From assembly GCA_025062045.1 (NCBI GenBank), contig JANXAF010000002.1, forward strand, positions 6,765 through 70,764: a stretch of 64,000 bases of DNA. The letters are read 5' to 3'. Source of the stretch: Thermodesulfobacteriota bacterium. Lineage in GTDB: Bacteria > Desulfobacterota > Syntrophorhabdia > Syntrophorhabdales > JANXAF01. Position numbers and translations under genes: made by a program. The notes under the pieces are model-generated. The model was given only the letters and a program-made list of their open reading frames with translations, had not been told where the DNA came from and ran no database searches. Shown here in pieces: positions 10,446 through 19,953 of this stretch. How positions within the stretch are numbered: position 1 is the first letter of the stretch; each line of letters begins with the position of its first letter.

Positions 10446-11712
10446 CTTTTCAATCATAAGCCTTGGGTGCCCAAAAAACTTGGTAGATTCTGAGTATATA
10501 GTGGCAAGGCTCAAGACAAATGGGTTCGAGTTTGTCAATGAGGGTAGATACATTATAGTCAACACCTGTGCATTTATCGAAGATGCCGTAAGGGAATCAC
10601 TCGACACAATCATCGAGCTTGGAGAGAGAAAGGCAAAAACTAACCAAAGATTGATAGTGATAGGGTGTCTCGTTGAAAGATACAGAAATGATGTCTTAGA
10701 GCTTCTTCCCGAGGTTGACGTCTTTATCGGAAGGTCTCACTATCGCTTTATCGAAAAACTTATTGATAAGACCGGCATTTTCGTAAGCGATGAACCTTTT
10801 TTCGAGACCTATCCGCGACAAGTTTTAACAAAGCCCCCCCTCGCCTATTTAAAGATCCAGGAAGGTTGTGATAACTTTTGTAGCTATTGCACCATACCAA
10901 AAATCCGTGGTAGCCTCCAATGTAGATCCCCCAAAGACATATTAAATGAGTTTTTATGGCTTTTGGATGCCGGATTTAAAGAGATAAACATAATAGGGCA
11001 GGATATAACTAAATATGGAAAGGGGGTGGATCTGGATCTTACGGGCCTTTTGTCTGAAATGCTAAAAATATCGGGCAACTACTACATACGACTCCTTTAT
11101 ATGCATCCCAAAGGGATAACCGATGATCTTGTGGATCTTATCGCCGGTGAAGAAAGGATAATTAAATACTTGGATATCCCGATTCAACACTCCGAGGACA
11201 GGATACTTGCCTTGATGAACAGGGGTTACAATAAAAGGTATCTTATAGAGCTTATCGAAAAGATAAGGGGGAAAATCCCTTCTGTCACATTGAGGACGAG
11301 TGTAATAGTTGGCTTCCCTTCCGAAACCGAAGACGAATTCGAAGCTCTCTTACGGTTTATAGAGGACTGGAGTTTCGACATGCTCGGTGCGTTCATGTAC
11401 TCCCGAGAAGAAAAGACACAGGCTGCAAAGATGAAAGGACAGTTGACGAAAAAAGTAAAAATTGAAAGGTTCAATAGACTTATGGAAAAACAGAAAGCCA
11501 TCTCTAGAAATAGGCTTAAGAGGCTCCTCAATAAGAGGACGAAGGTTATAGTTGAGGAAGAAGGACACCCTTACATGCTAGGAAGGATTTTGAATCAGGC
11601 TCCTTCTGTAGATGGGATCGCGTTCATAAAAGGGGACGCAAAAAAAGGAGAGATCCTTGATTGTGTAGTTACAAAAACTCTCGATTATGATGTAGTCGTT
11701 CAAGTTATCTAA
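10438..11712 (+). CDS. rimO: Ribosomal protein S12 methylthiotransferase
   Basis: It has the N-terminal UPF0004 motif LGCPKNLVDSE, the radical-SAM motif CDNFCSYCTIP and a C-terminal TRAM domain. Confidence 0.85.
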   Translation: MADFSIISLGCPKNLVDSEYIVARLKTNGFEFVNEGRYIIVNTCAFIEDAVRESLDTIIELGERKAKTNQRLIVIGCLVERYRNDVLELLPEVDVFIGRSHYRFIEKLIDKTGIFVSDEPFFETYPRQVLTKPPLAYLKIQEGCDNFCSYCTIPKIRGSLQCRSPKDILNEFLWLLDAGFKEINIIGQDITKYGKGVDLDLTGLLSEMLKISGNYYIRLLYMHPKGITDDLVDLIAGEERIIKYLDIPIQHSEDRILALMNRGYNKRYLIELIEKIRGKIPSVTLRTSVIVGFPSETEDEFEALLRFIEDWSFDMLGAFMYSREEKTQAAKMKGQLTKKVKIERFNRLMEKQKAISRNRLKRLLNKRTKVIVEEEGHPYMLGRILNQAPSVDGIAFIKGDAKKGEILDCVVTKTLDYDVVVQVI

Positions 11713-11726
11713 AGAGGGGAAAGAGG

Positions 11727-13190
11727 ATGGAACCAATATCCGAACTTATAGAAGTCAGAAAAAGGAAGATGGAAGAACTAAAGGCTCTAGGGATAAAACC
11801 TTATCCCCAGACAAGATTTCTCTCATCTACATCGGAGGAGGTGAAAAGGCTTTACGGGGAAAAAAATGAAGAAGAACTTGAAAAAGAGATGCCAATTGTC
11901 AGATTGGCTGGAAGGATAATCTCTTTCAGGGACTTTGGTAAAAGCGTCTTTTTCCACATCCAAGATAGGAAGGGTAAGATCCAGGTGTATGTGAGAAAAG
12001 ACGTGCTTCAATTTCCATCATACGAAGCTTTTAAAAAGCTCGACATTGGTGATATAGTTGGAGTTGAGGGATCCGTCTTTAAAACGAAGACTAAAGAACT
12101 TACCGTGCTTGCAAAGACTGTCACACTCCTTGCGAAGTCCCTTAGGCCTCTCCCTGAAAAATGGCATGGATTGAAAGATGTGGAGGAGAGATACAGAAAG
12201 AGATACCTTGACCTTATAGTGAACGAAAAAGTAAGGGAGATTTTCGTAAAAAGGTCAAAAATTACAAATTTTATACGAACATACCTGACTGAGAGAGACT
12301 TTCTAGAAGTTGAGACCCCTATGATGCACTTAATACCTGGAGGAGCTGAAGCGAAACCCTTCGTAACTCATCACAATGCTTTAAATCTCGATCTTTACTT
12401 GAGAATAGCCCCGGAACTTCATCTAAAAAGGCTGGTAGTCGGTGGCTTTGAAAGAGTATTTGAGATCAACCGTAATTTCAGAAACGAGGGGATTTCTGTC
12501 AAACACAATCCCGAATTCACAATGCTTGAATTTTATCAGGCCTATGCCACATACGAAGATCTCATGGTTCTCCTGGAAGAGCTGATTTTTAATCTGGTGA
12601 CTGAGCTTACCGGTACTACAACCCTTAGCTTCAAGGGCCATACAATAGACTTTAGGCCTCCGTGGAAAAAATACACCATAAATGAGGCTTTGAAACTTTT
12701 GGGTGGGATAGATGTTGAAAACTTAAACACTTATGAAGCACTACAGGCAATCGCCAAAGATTTAGGTATACATGACTTAAAAGACGCTTCCAGGGGAAAG
12801 ATCCTCACGAAACTCTTTGAAGTGGTCTGCGAAGATAAGCTTATAGATCCTACTTTTATAACCCACTATCCCGTGGATGTTTCTCCGCTCGCCAAAAGGA
12901 GTGAGGAGAACCCCGATGTTGTTGAAAGGTTTGAGCTGTACATTGGGGGAATGGAAATAGCGAACGGTTTTAATGAGCTAAACGACCCTTTCGACCAGAG
13001 AGATAGATTCTTAAAGCAGGCACAGAAAAAAGGTGAGGAATATCCCATAGATGAGGACTATATTGTTGCCTTGGAACACGGTATGCCACCTACCGCTGGA
13101 TGTGGAGTAGGCATAGATAGACTCGTTATGATCCTTACCGATAGTCCCTCCATTAGGGAAGTCATTTTATTTCCCTTACTTAAGCCATGA
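11727..13190 (+). CDS. lysS: Lysyl-tRNA synthetase, class II
   Basis: It has an OB anticodon-binding N-domain, class II motifs (FRNEG, GMPPTAGCGVGIDRLVM) and an AGGGGA SD-like sequence upstream. Confidence 0.95.
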   Translation: MEPISELIEVRKRKMEELKALGIKPYPQTRFLSSTSEEVKRLYGEKNEEELEKEMPIVRLAGRIISFRDFGKSVFFHIQDRKGKIQVYVRKDVLQFPSYEAFKKLDIGDIVGVEGSVFKTKTKELTVLAKTVTLLAKSLRPLPEKWHGLKDVEERYRKRYLDLIVNEKVREIFVKRSKITNFIRTYLTERDFLEVETPMMHLIPGGAEAKPFVTHHNALNLDLYLRIAPELHLKRLVVGGFERVFEINRNFRNEGISVKHNPEFTMLEFYQAYATYEDLMVLLEELIFNLVTELTGTTTLSFKGHTIDFRPPWKKYTINEALKLLGGIDVENLNTYEALQAIAKDLGIHDLKDASRGKILTKLFEVVCEDKLIDPTFITHYPVDVSPLAKRSEENPDVVERFELYIGGMEIANGFNELNDPFDQRDRFLKQAQKKGEEYPIDEDYIVALEHGMPPTAGCGVGIDRLVMILTDSPSIREVILFPLLKP

Positions 13191-14386
13191 GTATCGAGAC
13201 GCAAATAGGTTTAAGATACTTAAGGTCGAAAAGGAAAGAGGCTTTTATCGCATTTACGACCCTAATAGCCATAATTGGAATCGCCATAGGGGTTATGGCC
13301 CTTGTTGTGGTAATAGCCGTAATGACTGGATTTCAAGAGGAAATAAAAAACCGGATACTTGGTATCAGTCCCCACGTTTTAGTTCTAAGCCTAGATGGCG
13401 AAATCAGAGATCCAAATAAAGTAATTGAGACCATAAAAAAAGAGAAAGGCATAACCTATGCCTTTCCTTTCCTCCAATTCCAAGCTCTTATCCTTTCGAG
13501 AAACCAACAGACGGGTGTGATCGTAAAGGGGGTGAACCCTGAGGACGTACCATTTTTGGCTAGAATAGTAAGGGCGGGAAGTATAGGCTCTCTCAAAACT
13601 GATGGGAATGTCCTTGTGGGAAAGGAGTTATTGCGCCAGCTAAATCTTATGCCAGAGGATGATTTTCATCTTATGATACCTTCTTCCGGTATCTCCCCTT
13701 TTGGGCTTATTCCCGAAATTTATAGGTTCAAGGTTGGCGGCGTTATAGAAACGGGGATATTCGATATAGATAGTGTTATTATCCTTATGTCCCTAGATGC
13801 TGCGCTTAAGCTTACAGGAATGCGCATAAACGGAATTGAAGTTCGACTGGAAGATGCCTACGAGGCGGAAAGAATCAAACAGACAATCGTAAAAAAACTA
13901 GGTTTGCCATTTTTCGCTAGAACATGGATCGAGATGAACAAGAATCTATTTTCCGCTTTGAGGCTTGAAAAGATCGCCATGTTTATCATCCTTGCTCTCA
14001 TAATCTTTGTGGCAAGCTTCAACATAATCAGTTCTCTCGTTATGACGGTGATGGAGAAAAAAAAGGACATTGCCATCCTTAAGTCATTCGGAGCAAAAAA
14101 GAGGATGATAATGAAGATATTTGTAATCGAGGGAATGGCGATCGGTATTTCCGGTGCGATAATTGGGTCGGTTTTTGGTTACATTCTCTGTGAACTCATA
14201 AAAAGATACAAAATAGTGACCTTACCTCAGGATATTTATTACATAACCCATCTGCCTGTGAAGATAGATCTTACAGACATCTTACTTGTCGGCTCTGTGA
14301 CACTCATCATATGTGCCCTATCCACCATATATCCTTCTTACAAGGCAGCAAAGGTTGACCCAGTCGAAGCACTCCGCTATGAGTGA
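13187..14386 (+). CDS. lolC: Lipoprotein-releasing system permease (LolC/LolE family)
   Basis: It has MacB/FtsX-type topology with a large periplasmic loop, ends in KAAKVDPVEALRYE, and is followed by lolD. Confidence 0.85.
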   Translation: MSIETQIGLRYLRSKRKEAFIAFTTLIAIIGIAIGVMALVVVIAVMTGFQEEIKNRILGISPHVLVLSLDGEIRDPNKVIETIKKEKGITYAFPFLQFQALILSRNQQTGVIVKGVNPEDVPFLARIVRAGSIGSLKTDGNVLVGKELLRQLNLMPEDDFHLMIPSSGISPFGLIPEIYRFKVGGVIETGIFDIDSVIILMSLDAALKLTGMRINGIEVRLEDAYEAERIKQTIVKKLGLPFFARTWIEMNKNLFSALRLEKIAMFIILALIIFVASFNIISSLVMTVMEKKKDIAILKSFGAKKRMIMKIFVIEGMAIGISGAIIGSVFGYILCELIKRYKIVTLPQDIYYITHLPVKIDLTDILLVGSVTLIICALSTIYPSYKAAKVDPVEALRYE

Positions 14387-15065
14387 TATCATCATAGAGG
14401 CATTCGGCATAAGAAAGTCATTTCCGAAAAAGAACGGCTCTATAGAGGTTCTAAAAGGCATAGACTTAAAAATAGAGAGGGGAGACTTTTTGACCATCAT
14501 GGGGCCTTCCGGTGCGGGAAAGAGTACCCTTCTACACATACTTGGAACTTTAGATAGACCAACAGAAGGGGAGATAAGATTTGAAAATAGAAGAATAACC
14601 GATCTAAGCGAAGATGAACTATCTATTATAAGAAACGAAAAGATAGGGTTCGTATTCCAATTTTACCATCTCCTAGAAGACTTCTCGGTCTTAGAAAATA
14701 TCGCCATGCCACTCCTCATCAGAGGAATCAAAATGAAGGATGCACGAGAAAAACTCGAAAGGATCCTTGCTTTTTTTGGCCTTACTGAAAAAAAGGAGCA
14801 CAGACCTTTCGAACTTTCAGGGGGGGAACAACAAAAGGTAGCTATAGCAAGGGCACTCATCTGTGACCCAAAGGTTATATTCGCCGATGAGCCGACAGGA
14901 AACCTAGATAGGAAAACCGGTTGGGAAATTGTAAAACATTTCGTGGAGGTAAACGAGAGGTTTGGAACGACCATCGTACTAGTAACCCATGACCCGGAGA
15001 TAGGAAGGATTGGAAAAAAAAGATTTAGGATGTTGGATGGGGAGATCTTTCCAACCTCGGAGTAA
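14379..15065 (+). CDS. lolD: Lipoprotein-releasing system ATP-binding protein
   Basis: It has Walker A GPSGAGKST, signature LSGGEQQ and Walker B IFADEP. I place the start at ATG 14379 (ATGAGTGA overlap with the lolC stop) rather than at the ORF-track start 14313. Confidence 0.85.
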   Translation: MSDIIIEAFGIRKSFPKKNGSIEVLKGIDLKIERGDFLTIMGPSGAGKSTLLHILGTLDRPTEGEIRFENRRITDLSEDELSIIRNEKIGFVFQFYHLLEDFSVLENIAMPLLIRGIKMKDAREKLERILAFFGLTEKKEHRPFELSGGEQQKVAIARALICDPKVIFADEPTGNLDRKTGWEIVKHFVEVNERFGTTIVLVTHDPEIGRIGKKRFRMLDGEIFPTSE

Positions 15066-15066
15066 A

Positions 15067-15660
15067 CTAGATTGACACGTATTTCAAAAACTTCCCGATT
15101 ATGGATAGAGGGCCTGACTTGAAAAGACTGTCGGATAACGATTTTTTCTTCACGTTCGACCAGTTCTCATAATGGACGATTTTTTCGATCTCGAGTCTTT
15201 TTGGTGCATCTGGTCTCTCTTTAGGATATCCCACTGTAATGAGAGCTATCACTTTCACATTTTCCGGAATACCCAAAATTTCTTTTACCTTTTCTTCGTC
15301 AAACGCTCCTATCCAGCAGGTGCCAAGCCCCAGACTTTCTGCAACAAGAAGTATGTTCCCGCCCGCAAGAGTAGCGTCGTAAATCCCGAATTTACTTTTG
15401 TCCTTCTCATAACAGAGAACTATTATGCACGGAGCCTTTGCGACATGTGAAGACTTAAAGAAAAAAAATTTCGCGTACTCTCCTATCTCTTTTCTCGTCT
15501 TCTCATCACGGACTACAATGAAATGCCAGGGTTGAATATTTGCACCGGTTGGAGCCCACCGGGCAGCTTCCAAAAGTTTTATTAAATGTTCTTCCGGAAT
15601 AGGCCTGTCCTCATAAATTCTTATCGATCTTCGTCTTTTGATAAGATCTAGTATCTCCAC
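15067..15660 (-). CDS. Nitroreductase-family flavoprotein
   Basis: It has RRSIRIYEDRPIP and APTGANIQPWHFIVV, which are nitroreductase fold motifs. The start codon is GTG. Confidence 0.8.
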   Translation of the reverse strand: MEILDLIKRRRSIRIYEDRPIPEEHLIKLLEAARWAPTGANIQPWHFIVVRDEKTRKEIGEYAKFFFFKSSHVAKAPCIIVLCYEKDKSKFGIYDATLAGGNILLVAESLGLGTCWIGAFDEEKVKEILGIPENVKVIALITVGYPKERPDAPKRLEIEKIVHYENWSNVKKKSLSDSLFKSGPLSIIGKFLKYVSI

Positions 15661-15756
15661 ATTAAAAATTATATCCTATGCTTCGTGAGTTTTGAAAAAT
15701 CTCTTGACACAACTTTTTTCCTTCTGCTAAAAACTCATCTAAAAAAGGGGTTGGTA

Positions 15757-16560
15757 ATGCAAAACCTGGCTACTTTTCTCTTTATTTTTATCTTTGTCTT
15801 TCTCAACCTTACAGATGCTTACGCCCAAAGATCAATTCCTCAAAACCGCAAATTGGCAAAAAAAGTTGCAAGCACTCAAACCGTCTTGGAACAGACCGAG
15901 ATCGCTAATCCTGATGTGGAATTCATAAGGCATAGGGTAAAAAGGGGTGAGACACTAGCAGAAATCGCTAGGATGTATGGGGTAAGTGTTCACGAGATAA
16001 GGTCTTTAAACGGACTTCGCTCGAAGAGAATCTCTGCCGGAAAGATACTTGTTATTCCGAAGAGGTTAAATGAGGAAAAGGAAGAAGAGATACCGGAGTT
16101 CACATATGGAAGGTGGAAAGATCCCAATGAAAGATATATGCTCGTTAAGGTGGCAAAGAGTTTTGTAGGCGCTCCGTACAAACTTGGAGGAAGTAGCGTA
16201 AGAGGAATCGATTGCTCCGCGTATGTTAAGAAGATCTTTGAAATATTCGATGTGAATTTACCTAGAACTGCAAAAGACCAGTTTAAGGTGGGCAGACGAA
16301 TAGAAAAAGATGAACTTGCAATCGGTGATCTTGTTTTCTTTAAAACGAGACCGGGAAAGGATTATCCTACTCATGTGGGAATATACATCGGTAATGGAAA
16401 ATTTATTCATGCCTCATCTCACAATAAAAGGGGAGTGAGGATAGATAGTCTTGATTCGGATTTTTATAGAAGAACTTACGTTGGTGCAGTAAGGGTGAAG
16501 GAACTCCCAGAAGATTTAAAAGAAGAAAGGAAGGATTTTCGCTCGGATCTGAGTTCGTAG
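15757..16560 (+). CDS. Secreted LysM + NlpC/P60 peptidoglycan endopeptidase
   Basis: Starting at Met25, it has a signal peptide (MQNLATFLFIFIFVFLNLTDAYA), LysM (HRVKRGETLAEIARMYGVSVHEIRSLN) and a P60 catalytic core (GIDCSAYV ... HVGIYIG). Confidence 0.85.
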   Translation: MQNLATFLFIFIFVFLNLTDAYAQRSIPQNRKLAKKVASTQTVLEQTEIANPDVEFIRHRVKRGETLAEIARMYGVSVHEIRSLNGLRSKRISAGKILVIPKRLNEEKEEEIPEFTYGRWKDPNERYMLVKVAKSFVGAPYKLGGSSVRGIDCSAYVKKIFEIFDVNLPRTAKDQFKVGRRIEKDELAIGDLVFFKTRPGKDYPTHVGIYIGNGKFIHASSHNKRGVRIDSLDSDFYRRTYVGAVRVKELPEDLKEERKDFRSDLSS

Positions 16561-16564
16561 GCTT

Positions 16565-17785
16565 TTGAGAACAAGAAAACTCATATTAGCCTTCTTTCTT
16601 ACTTCCCTTCTCTTTCACATTTTCGGATATTCCGTTTTGGCCTTACGACTTGAACCTTTTATCCATGTTTTTTACCTTATCATCTGGTGGTCATTCATCA
16701 TAGGGCTTGATTCGATCATAGCCCTTACGAGAGGTAGATCTTTACTCATCTCTAAAGGTATCTTCACTACCATTGCTATCTCCAGCGCATATTGGTCGAT
16801 ATTCGAGCTCATAAACGTGAGAATCCAAAATTGGTTTTACATAAATTTGCCAAGTGAAATTGCCCTCCGGTATTTTGGGTATTTTTTTGCTTTTGGAACC
16901 GTCATCCCTGCTATAGTGACTGTGAGGGAGGCTTTAAGATTCTTTGTGTTTCGAGGAATGAGGCTAAAGAAGAAGGTTTTTATTAAAAACTATCCCGCAC
17001 TTTCAATATCTCTTGGCTCTTTCACATTCCTTCTTATGCTCTTTTATCCGGATTATCTCTTTCCCTTTGTGTGGGTTGCACCACTTCTTGTCATTGACGG
17101 TATAAACTACAAAAGAGGGCACGAATCGTTTGCCAACAAGATAGAAAATGGAAGCTATGAAGAAGTGTTATCCACAGCTCTTTCCGGACTTACATGCGGT
17201 CTTCTTTGGGAATTCTGGAACTACTTTGCTTTGGCAAAATGGGTATACTCCGTGCCCTTCTTCGAGGAAATGAAGCTTTTCGAAATGCCAATTTTGGGTT
17301 ATTTTGGCTTTGTTTTCTTCGCTTTAGAGACTTCTGCTTTTCTGAACTTTTTAAATGGCGAGGGCCTTTCCAAAAAGAGGCTCACCACTTTTGCCGCTCT
17401 TTTAGTCTGTATATTCATATTCCCGTTAATAGATAGGCATACCGTCTTTTCCTTCAGGCCAAAACTTGAAGAACTCTACTTTATCGAAAAGGAAAAGATA
17501 GAATACTTCAAATCGCTGGGCATAAAAAGCAGCTACGGGCTCAAGGCTCAACTTTTATCTCCCTTTGAGCAAGAAAAACTTAAGCTACTCCACCTTTACG
17601 GTTTGGGACTTCCCAATCTCAAAAAATTGGAAAAAGCTGGGGTGAATTCCGTTGAGGAACTAGCCAAACTCGAAGAACGTGAGCTTTCTCAGATCATAGG
17701 AGAGAAAAATTTAAGGCGAGTAAGGTTGTACCTGAAGGAGGCAGAAAAGCTTACAAAAAGGTCAAAAGGGCCTCAACGATCTTAA
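16565..17785 (+). CDS. Polytopic membrane protein with C-terminal helix-hairpin-helix region, function unknown
   Basis: It has about 8 hydrophobic segments followed by LYGLGLPNLKKLEKAGVNSVEELAKLEERELSQIIG (HhH-like). The start codon is TTG. Confidence 0.55.
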   Translation: MRTRKLILAFFLTSLLFHIFGYSVLALRLEPFIHVFYLIIWWSFIIGLDSIIALTRGRSLLISKGIFTTIAISSAYWSIFELINVRIQNWFYINLPSEIALRYFGYFFAFGTVIPAIVTVREALRFFVFRGMRLKKKVFIKNYPALSISLGSFTFLLMLFYPDYLFPFVWVAPLLVIDGINYKRGHESFANKIENGSYEEVLSTALSGLTCGLLWEFWNYFALAKWVYSVPFFEEMKLFEMPILGYFGFVFFALETSAFLNFLNGEGLSKKRLTTFAALLVCIFIFPLIDRHTVFSFRPKLEELYFIEKEKIEYFKSLGIKSSYGLKAQLLSPFEQEKLKLLHLYGLGLPNLKKLEKAGVNSVEELAKLEERELSQIIGEKNLRRVRLYLKEAEKLTKRSKGPQRS

Positions 17786-18143
17786 GATCGGGTTCAAAAA
17801 AATCGAAGTCGGCCAATTCTTCTTTTGTGACCCATCTTACTTCTTCGTGTTCGATAGGTGTAGGCTCACCTGATACATACTTCGCCCTATAGGCGTAAAG
17901 AACGATATCTTTGCCGGAATCGGTTTTATAGTTTACATGTGATATACAGTCTAAAACGGTTATATCCAGATTGAGCTCCTCTTTTATCTCTCTTTTAAGG
18001 CAGTCTTTAAGATCCTCCCCTCTTTCTACCTTTCCTCCTGGAAACTCCCACTTATCTCCCTCTTTGTCTTTCCTTTTTGCTATAAGGATCTTTCCGTCTT
18101 TTTCGATTATTCCACAGGTAACCAGTATCGTTTCTTTGCCCAT
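17751..18143 (-). CDS. NUDIX hydrolase (MutT-like)
   Basis: It has the Nudix box GGKVERGEDLKDCLKREIKEELNL and is 130 aa. Confidence 0.85.
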   Translation of the reverse strand: MGKETILVTCGIIEKDGKILIAKRKDKEGDKWEFPGGKVERGEDLKDCLKREIKEELNLDITVLDCISHVNYKTDSGKDIVLYAYRAKYVSGEPTPIEHEEVRWVTKEELADFDFFEPDLKIVEALLTFL

Positions 18144-18144
18144 C

Positions 18145-18927
18145 TTAGACTATCTCTATTTTCACCTTTTCCCCCTTCGTAATCCCAAATGTATCTTTAA
18201 TACTCCCTTTGAAACGGGCAAATTCAAGGTATCCTGAGCTTCCAACAAGGCACGTAAGTTCATCATCCATATAGGTCCTGCTGAGCTTTGTAAATACGAG
18301 ATCCTTAATGATAATCCTAAAGTTCTGTTTTCCAGTAAATTCAAAGAAGAGCTCGTAATGGATGTTAGTTATGGCATTCCCAAACCTGTCGAACCTTACG
18401 ATCTCACCGTAAAGTACATCGTTTATTATGTCCGGAAAATAGGACGAGTCTATTACGGGATTCTGCACCTTCTCTCCAAAACTCGACGGATGGAACCCTT
18501 TAGCAAGATACACAGCTACAGGAGCAAATATGTCTCTGCCGTGAAAGGTGTTACTTATTTTTTTTAGCATAAAATCTCTGTTCGATATTTCATAAACCTC
18601 GAATTCTTCATCGAGGATGAGTGTGTATATGCCGTTATCGGGCCCTACAAAGAGGTGATTATCCTTTGACACTATAATTGGTCTTCTTTTTGTTCCCACT
18701 CCAGGGTCAACAACTGTCACATGTATAGTTCCGGATGGGAAAAACGTGTAATATTCCTTTATCACAAATGCTGCTTCCCTTATGTCCTGTGGCTCTATTT
18801 CGTGCGTGATATCTATGGTTTGGACATCCACTTTTAAATCTGAGGCGAGGTTTAAGATCACTCCCTTCATTATTCCTACGTATGGGTCTTTTGTTCCGAA
18901 ATCTGTAAGAAGGGTTATAAGTTTCAT
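18145..18927 (-). CDS. SAM hydroxide adenosyltransferase (DUF62, chlorinase/fluorinase-like)
   Basis: Its N-terminus LLTDFGTKDPYVGIMKGV, its 260-aa length and its two-domain layout are typical of DUF62. Confidence 0.85.
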   Translation of the reverse strand: MKLITLLTDFGTKDPYVGIMKGVILNLASDLKVDVQTIDITHEIEPQDIREAAFVIKEYYTFFPSGTIHVTVVDPGVGTKRRPIIVSKDNHLFVGPDNGIYTLILDEEFEVYEISNRDFMLKKISNTFHGRDIFAPVAVYLAKGFHPSSFGEKVQNPVIDSSYFPDIINDVLYGEIVRFDRFGNAITNIHYELFFEFTGKQNFRIIIKDLVFTKLSRTYMDDELTCLVGSSGYLEFARFKGSIKDTFGITKGEKVKIEIV

Positions 18928-19953
18928 CTAACCGAAAATAGTAGCTATTTTGTCGAAGGGTCTCTCGATTATGCCCTTTTCTGTTATAAACCCAGTAATC
19001 AGTGAGTTTGGAGTAATATCGAATGAGTAGTATCTCGCTTTAAAAGATGGCATTGTGATGTATCCTCTTTTAAATTTTATCACCTCTTTTCCTTTCCTTT
19101 CCTCGATCGGAATCGATGATCCGGAAGGTATATTCCTATCGAATGTCGATCCGCAGCACGCAACGTAAAAAGGTACGTTATGGTTCTTAGCACACAGCGC
19201 TATCATGTAAGTCCCTATCTTATTTGCCGTATCCCCGTTTGCCGCAACGCGGTCAGCACCCACTATCACTTTCTCTATCATCCCTTTTGACATAAGAAGA
19301 CCTACGTGGTTGTCCGGAACGATTTCAAATTCAATCCCAAATTTATTAAGTTCATAGGCGCTCAACCGTGCACCCTGAAAATATGGCCGTGTCTCTGTAA
19401 GGAACACCTTTATATTCTTACCCTGTTCCTTTGCCCTTCTTAAAACTCCTAAAGCGGTTCCATACCCGCCTGTTGCCAGTTCTCCAGCATTGCAGTGGGA
19501 GAGGATCGTATCACCATCCTCGATAAGAGCTGCCCCGTGTTCCGCAAGTGAGATGTTATTCTTTATATCCTCTTCATGTATTAGGCGGGCAAGATCAAAG
19601 AGCCCAGAAAGTAGACTTTCGGTTTCTGCATGTCTTTCGCATTCTCTTTTCATCCTATCTAAAGCCCAGAAAAGGTTATAGGCCGTAGGTCTCGTTTTTG
19701 CAAGAACTGTATATATTCTCTCTATATCTTTCTTCGTCACCTTTTTCTTCCTCCTAGCCACCTCCCGTACTCCAAAGGCAAAACCGTAGGCTCCAACGAT
19801 TCCTATGAGGGGCGCACCTCTAACAACCATATTCTTTATGGCTTTTACAAAGTCCTTAAGGCTTTTTAGCGGAACCAGGACTTCCTCAAAAGGAAGTCTT
19901 CTCTGGTCAAGCACAAATAGCTTTTCATCTTTAAGAAAGATGTGATCACTCAA
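18928..19953 (-). CDS. mtnA: Methylthioribose-1-phosphate isomerase (eIF-2B alpha/beta/delta family)
   Basis: It has [19 protein letters not shown] and [17 protein letters not shown] motifs. Its TTG start overlaps the gatB TGA. Confidence 0.8.
   Translation of the reverse strand: MSDHIFLKDEKLFVLDQRRLPFEEVLVPLKSLKDFVKAIKNMVVRGAPLIGIVGAYGFAFGVREVARRKKKVTKKDIERIYTVLAKTRPTAYNLFWALDRMKRECERHAETESLLSGLFDLARLIHEEDIKNNISLAEHGAALIEDGDTILSHCNAGELATGGYGTALGVLRRAKEQGKNIKVFLTETRPYFQGARLSAYELNKFGIEFEIVPDNHVGLLMSKGMIEKVIVGADRVAANGDTANKIGTYMIALCAKNHNVPFYVACCGSTFDRNIPSGSSIPIEERKGKEVIKFKRGYITMPSFKARYYSFDITPNSLITGFITEKGIIERPFDKIATIFG

Noticed and set aside
14313-14378. An N-terminal extension of lolD from the ORF track
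   Set aside because: The extension lies inside lolC coding sequence. The ATG at 14379 gives the normal ABC ATPase N-terminus and a typical ATGAGTGA stop/start overlap.
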